Below are positions 62,455-64,000 of a DNA stretch of 64,000 bases, piece after piece; position 1 is the stretch's first letter; every line of letters begins with the position of its first letter. The notes under the pieces are model-generated. The model ran no database searches. It had not been told where the DNA came from and worked only from the letters and a program-made list of their open reading frames with translations. Source of the stretch: Callorhinchus milii (taxonomy: Eukaryota); the NCBI RefSeq assembly GCF_018977255.1, contig NW_024704743.1, positions 78,246,001-78,310,000 on the forward strand, written 5' to 3'. A program made the translations under genes and the position numbers.

Positions 62455-64000
62455 GGAGCCTGGTGTGGGAGACGACAAGGGCTGCAGAGCTCTGGATGAT
62501 CTGCAGCCTATGGAGGTAGGAGTCGGGGAGGCCGATAAGCAGGGAGTTCGGTAAGTCTAGCCTGAATGTGTGTATGAGGGTCTCGGCAGCCTGCGGCATG
62601 AGAAGTGGCAGAGGGAAAGTAAAGGGGACGAGAAAATGCTCTGAGATGCTACCCTGCGGGGAGGGCGCTATATAAGTGAAAGTTGTTGTTGTTGAGCCGG
62701 CATGACGTTGCAGAGGTGGGGGAAGGCAGAGCGGGTCATGGCACGGATGTGGGGTAGAAAGGACAATTGAGGATCAAAAAAGACGCCAAGGTTCCAGACT
62801 GGCTTAGCAAGGTGGAGTGTGCAACCATGGATGGTGATGCTGTCAGTGCATGAGGTGTGGTGGCGTGGATGGGAGCCAATCTAGAAGGCCTCAATCTTGT
62901 TGACATTAAGCTGTAAAAACTTAGCTCTCATCCAGGACTTGATGTCTGACAGACATTCTGTCAGGACAGCAGTGGTCCTGGAGTTGAGGGTGGAGGCAGA
63001 GAGGTAGAGTTGGGTGTCATCCGCATACATGTGGAAGTTGACCCTATGTCTGTGGATGATGTCACCAAAGGGAGCATGTAGATATTGAAGAGGAGGGGAC
63101 CAAGGACAGAGCCCTGAGGAACACCGCACGAGACAGTGTGGGGGCTAGAGGAGAAGCTCTTTGTGGAGATGGTGTGAAAGGTAGGATCTCTGAACCAAGA
63201 ACAGAACCATGAAGGTTGAGGTGAGAGGCTGTGGAAGAGGATAGGGTGCTCAACGGTATCAAAGGCACCAGAGAGGTCAAGGAGGACGAGGAGACAGAGG
63301 GAGCCTTAGTCGCAGATGGACAAAATGTCATTTGTCACTTTGACCAAAGCTGTTTCTGTGCTGTGGGTGACATGGAAATCCAATTGCAGGGGTTGTGAAG
63401 GGAGTGGCGGAAAAGGAAGGAGTGAAGCTGGGAAGCAACAGCTCGATCCAGGTCCTTGGAGAGGAAAGGGAGGTTGGAGATGCGGCCATTTTTAAAAGGG
63501 TGGGAACAGTCTCAGTGGACAGGGAGAGGTTTATGATGTCTGAGAATATGGGGGCATGGAGGTGGAGCTGTGAGGTAAGGAGAGGGGTAGTGATGGGGTA
63601 GAGGGAGCAAGTGGTCAGTTTCATGTGGGTTATAGTGGTGGTGAGAGAGGAGGCAGAGACAGGTTCAAAGATATGAAGGGAGGGATGGATAGGGGCCAGT
63701 GTGTGAGGAGGAGATGGGGAGGGATTAGTAGACGGAAGAGCAGAGGCACCTGAGTGGATTCCCTTGACTTTGGTTTCGAGAAAGTCTAGCATCTCCTCGC
63801 AGTTGGTGTTGGAGGAGAGGACGGGAGAGGTGTGAGAGGGTGGGCAGAGGAGCCAGTTGGTGATGGAGAAGAGGAGTCTAGGGTTGCTATAGGTCTCCAA
63901 GATTGTCTTGGAATAGAACGACGATTTAGTGGAGGCGCGGGCAGAGCGCTACGTTTTGATAAGGTCCAGCCAGATCTGCCAATGGATTGTTAAGTTAGAT
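62455..64000 (-). mobile_element. L2 ORF2 fragment (RT core), continues beyond the window
   Basis: HMYADDTQLYLS, LQLNVNK.E, GVPQGSVLGP-like and LLDLS.AFDT-like segments with frameshifts. Confidence 0.9.

Overview
Repeat-rich vertebrate genomic DNA. The L2/CR1 LINE, Deu-domain SINE and Penelope-like repeat landscape suggests a cartilaginous fish (inference). Three spliced genes lie in tandem on the minus strand. (1) The 13 last exons of a FACIT collagen, alpha-1(XXI)-like (46701-61929); its 5' part is outside the window. (2) A complete 6-exon, 321-aa crotonase/enoyl-CoA hydratase-family gene (28184-35651). (3) Exon 1 of a BMP5/6/7/8-subfamily gene, most BMP6-like (18096-18648); its intron 1 appears to fill the rest of the window. 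The most unusual feature is a 2.7-kb hAT DNA transposon (40400-43124, 8-bp TSD GTTTAATG) inserted into a SINE. It carries a decayed transposase C-terminus and a host-type 99-bp ankyrin-repeat exon with intact splice sites that resembles TRPN1/NompC, i.e. a candidate gene-capturing (Pack-TIR) element, and it is itself invaded by a SINE and a MITE that contains an L2 fragment. Exon boundaries were read manually; repeat boundaries are approximate and family names come from recall, not database searches.
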